From an uncultured Gemmatimonadales bacterium (GTDB lineage Bacteria > Gemmatimonadota > Gemmatimonadetes > Longimicrobiales > RSA9): a stretch of 64,000 nucleotides of DNA. The position numbers were made by a program, and so were the translations under genes. A model generated the notes under the pieces. That model did not search any database. It saw nothing but the letters and a program-made list of their open reading frames with translations, and had not been told where the DNA came from. Positions 62,295 through 64,000 of the stretch are shown here, in pieces (position 1 is the stretch's first letter; each line of letters opens with the position of its first letter). The stretch is from assembly GCA_963816355.1 (NCBI GenBank), contig CAWFKH010000001.1:256001-320000 (forward strand). The letters are read 5' to 3'.

Positions 62295-62356
62295 CGCCGG
62301 AGATTCCGTTCAGGAGGTGTGCCACGAGGTCCTCGCCGCCGCCACCTCCGCGGCTG

Positions 62357-62886
62357 GGCCGGCTCCGATGTTTCACGCGGAGGGCGCGGGGGACGCGGAG
62401 GGCGGACCGGCGCCACGCCGCTTCACTGCACGGCGCGCATCTTCTTCTGGGTTGGTTTCCCGGCCGCGAACGTACGGCGCGCGACGAAGCCCCAACCAAT
62501 CCGTTCGCGAAGTCGGCCCCGCGACGAGCGACCTCCGCGACCTCCGCGTGAAACCACTTCCGGCGAGTCCGCCGCGCCGCGCGCCATCGGAAACGCGGCG
62601 TTCGCGGCCATCGTCGCCACCGCGTTCGCGGCGAGGCCGGCTCCGATGTTTCACGCGGAGGGCGCGGGGGACGCGGAGGGCGGACCGGCGCCACGCCGCT
62701 TCACTGCACGGCGCGCATCTTTTTCTGGCTTGGTTTCCCGGCCGCGAACGTGCGGCGCGCGACGAAGCCCCAACCAATCCGTTCGCGAAGTCTGCATCGC
62801 GGCGAACGACCTCCGCGACCTCCGCGACCTCCGCGTGAAACCACTTCCGGCGCGTCGGCCGCGCCGCGCGCCATCGGAAACGCGGC
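62357..62886. repeat. Tandem pair of ~278-bp fold-back (REPIN/MITE-like) elements
   Basis: Two near-identical units (TTTCACGCGGAGG at 62371 and 62649); each has TTTCACGCGGAGG...CCTCCGCGTGAAA and TCCGATG...CATCGGA inverted repeats. Confidence 0.9.
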
Positions 62887-62925
62887 TTGCGGACCGGCGA
62901 GGGGCGAGGGGGGTGAAGGTGGGGG

Positions 62926-62960
62926 TTGACGGCTGATACCGTACACGGGTACCGTATAAT
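62926..62960 (+). promoter_or_regulatory. csoR-copA promoter with CsoR-type operator
   Basis: TTGACG followed by pseudo-palindrome ATACCGTACACGGGTAC resembling TACC..GGGTA CsoR operators; TATAAT at 62955. Confidence 0.6.
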
Positions 62961-63061
62961 CCGGGTTGAGGGAACGAACCCCGGACGAAGGAAACGGAAG
63001 GGGTGCGGGAGCAGAGGGGCGCGGACGAGGGGACGCGGAACGGCATCGGACGGAGGCACGG

Positions 63062-63355
63062 ATGGAGCACGCAGTGGCGGTGGATCCGGAGCTTCAGGGG
63101 CAGGCGCTGAGGCGGCTGAAGCGGATCGAGGGTCAGGTGCGGGGTGTGCAGCGGATGGTGGAGGACGGGCGGTACTGTCCGGACATTCTGGTGCAGGTAT
63201 CGGCGATTCACGAGGCGTTGCGCGCGGTAGGGAAGCTGTTGATGCGCAATCACCTGGAGCATTGTGTGACGGACGCGCTGCGGTCGGACGATCCGGCGGC
63301 GGCTGAGCGGACGTACGGCGAGGTGCTGAACCTGATGTACCGCCACCTGCGTTGA
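63062..63355 (+). CDS. csoR: CsoR/RcnR-family copper-sensing repressor
   Basis: RLKRIEGQVRG, YC.DIL.Q, NHLEHC (C-H-C ligands). Confidence 0.92.
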   Translation: MEHAVAVDPELQGQALRRLKRIEGQVRGVQRMVEDGRYCPDILVQVSAIHEALRAVGKLLMRNHLEHCVTDALRSDDPAAAERTYGEVLNLMYRHLR

Positions 63356-63372
63356 GCGGCGGATAGGATCGA

Positions 63373-64000
63373 ATGGTCAAGGACGAGCTGGGCATGGAGG
63401 GCGGTGCGGTGGGCGCTGCGGGCAAGGAGCACGCCGGTGACGGATCGGTAGGCGTGGTGCGGGAGGACGTGGTGGGCACGGAGGTGGGGCGGCCTGCGCT
63501 CGCGACGCTGTCGATCCCGGTGACGGGGATGAGCTGTGCGGCGTGCGCGGTGCGGGTGCAGCGCTCGCTGGAGCGGTCGGTGGGTGTGCGGGCGGCGTCG
63601 GTCAATTTCGGCTCGGAGCGGGCGCGGGTGGAGTACGACCCGAGCGCGTCGACGGCGGCGGCGCTGGCGGAGGCGGTACGGGGGGCGGGGTACGGCGTGG
63701 CGACGGCGCCGGTGGTGGTGCAGGTGGAGGGATTGGAATACGCGGCGAGCGGCGCGCCGCTGGAGCGGGCGCTGCGCGCGGTGCCGGGCGTGCTGCGGGC
63801 GGACGTGAATCTGGCCACGTCGCAGGCGCGGGTAGAGCAGATCGCGGGAGTGGGATCGGCGGAGGCGCTGCGGGCGGCGGTGGAGCGGTCGGGATACCGG
63901 CTTGCGGCGCCGGTGGCGACGGCGGATGCGGCGGCGGTCGAGGGGGCGGTGAGGGAGCGGGAGCTGCGTCGCATGGAGCGGCAGTTCGCGTTTTCACTGA
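63373..64000 (+). CDS. copA: Probable heavy-metal (Cu+) P-type ATPase, N-terminal HMA domains (3' truncated)
   Basis: Open frame from ATG 63373 to window end; GMSCAAC HMA domain plus a second HMA lacking CxxC; follows csoR; ATPase core lies outside the window. Confidence 0.8.
   Translation, partial: MVKDELGMEGGAVGAAGKEHAGDGSVGVVREDVVGTEVGRPALATLSIPVTGMSCAACAVRVQRSLERSVGVRAASVNFGSERARVEYDPSASTAAALAEAVRGAGYGVATAPVVVQVEGLEYAASGAPLERALRAVPGVLRADVNLATSQARVEQIAGVGSAEALRAAVERSGYRLAAPVATADAAAVEGAVRERELRRMERQFAFSL

Noticed and set aside
62357..62886. Repeat region as a CRISPR array or coding ORFs
   Set aside because: Only two long near-identical units, no unique spacers, no cas genes; the ORFs are simply translations of the repeat
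62926..62960. TTGACG and TATAAT as one canonical promoter
   Set aside because: Spacing is 23 nt; the true -10/-35 pairing is unresolved

Overview
Gene-dense, very GC-rich bacterial chromosomal segment of mostly core metabolism. Gene content and style suggest a Gram-negative Gemmatimonadota-like organism, which is an inference. No rRNA, tRNA, CRISPR array, prophage or transposase was seen. About 66 CDS are supported, including an ABC-2 exporter, rmuC, a type II topoisomerase A subunit, pfkA, fadI, a sufCBD-Rieske-sufSU operon with a Fur-like box, dacB, ispH, udk, hup, topoisomerase IB and csoR-copA. Highlights: (1) an Rdx/SelW-type selenoprotein missed by the ORF track (CxxU, in-frame TGA plus SECIS-like hairpin), overlapping the pfkA start; (2) a ceramide/sphingolipid cluster (cerR-spt-bCerS) extended by an AUR1/PAP2-type headgroup enzyme and a CPBP protease, preceded by a leaderless 16-codon uORF; (3) a nucleotidyltransferase + metallophosphoesterase pair behind a sigma54-type promoter, converging on topoisomerase IB; (4) local GC-skew inversions independent of gene orientation near 27.8, 34.9 and 62.6 kb; (5) a tandemly duplicated and dispersed ~280-bp fold-back element; (6) a catalytically degenerate DEAD-box/DbpA protein; (7) recurrent leaderless promoters and CTG starts. 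All calls come from reading motifs by eye; no database searches were run.
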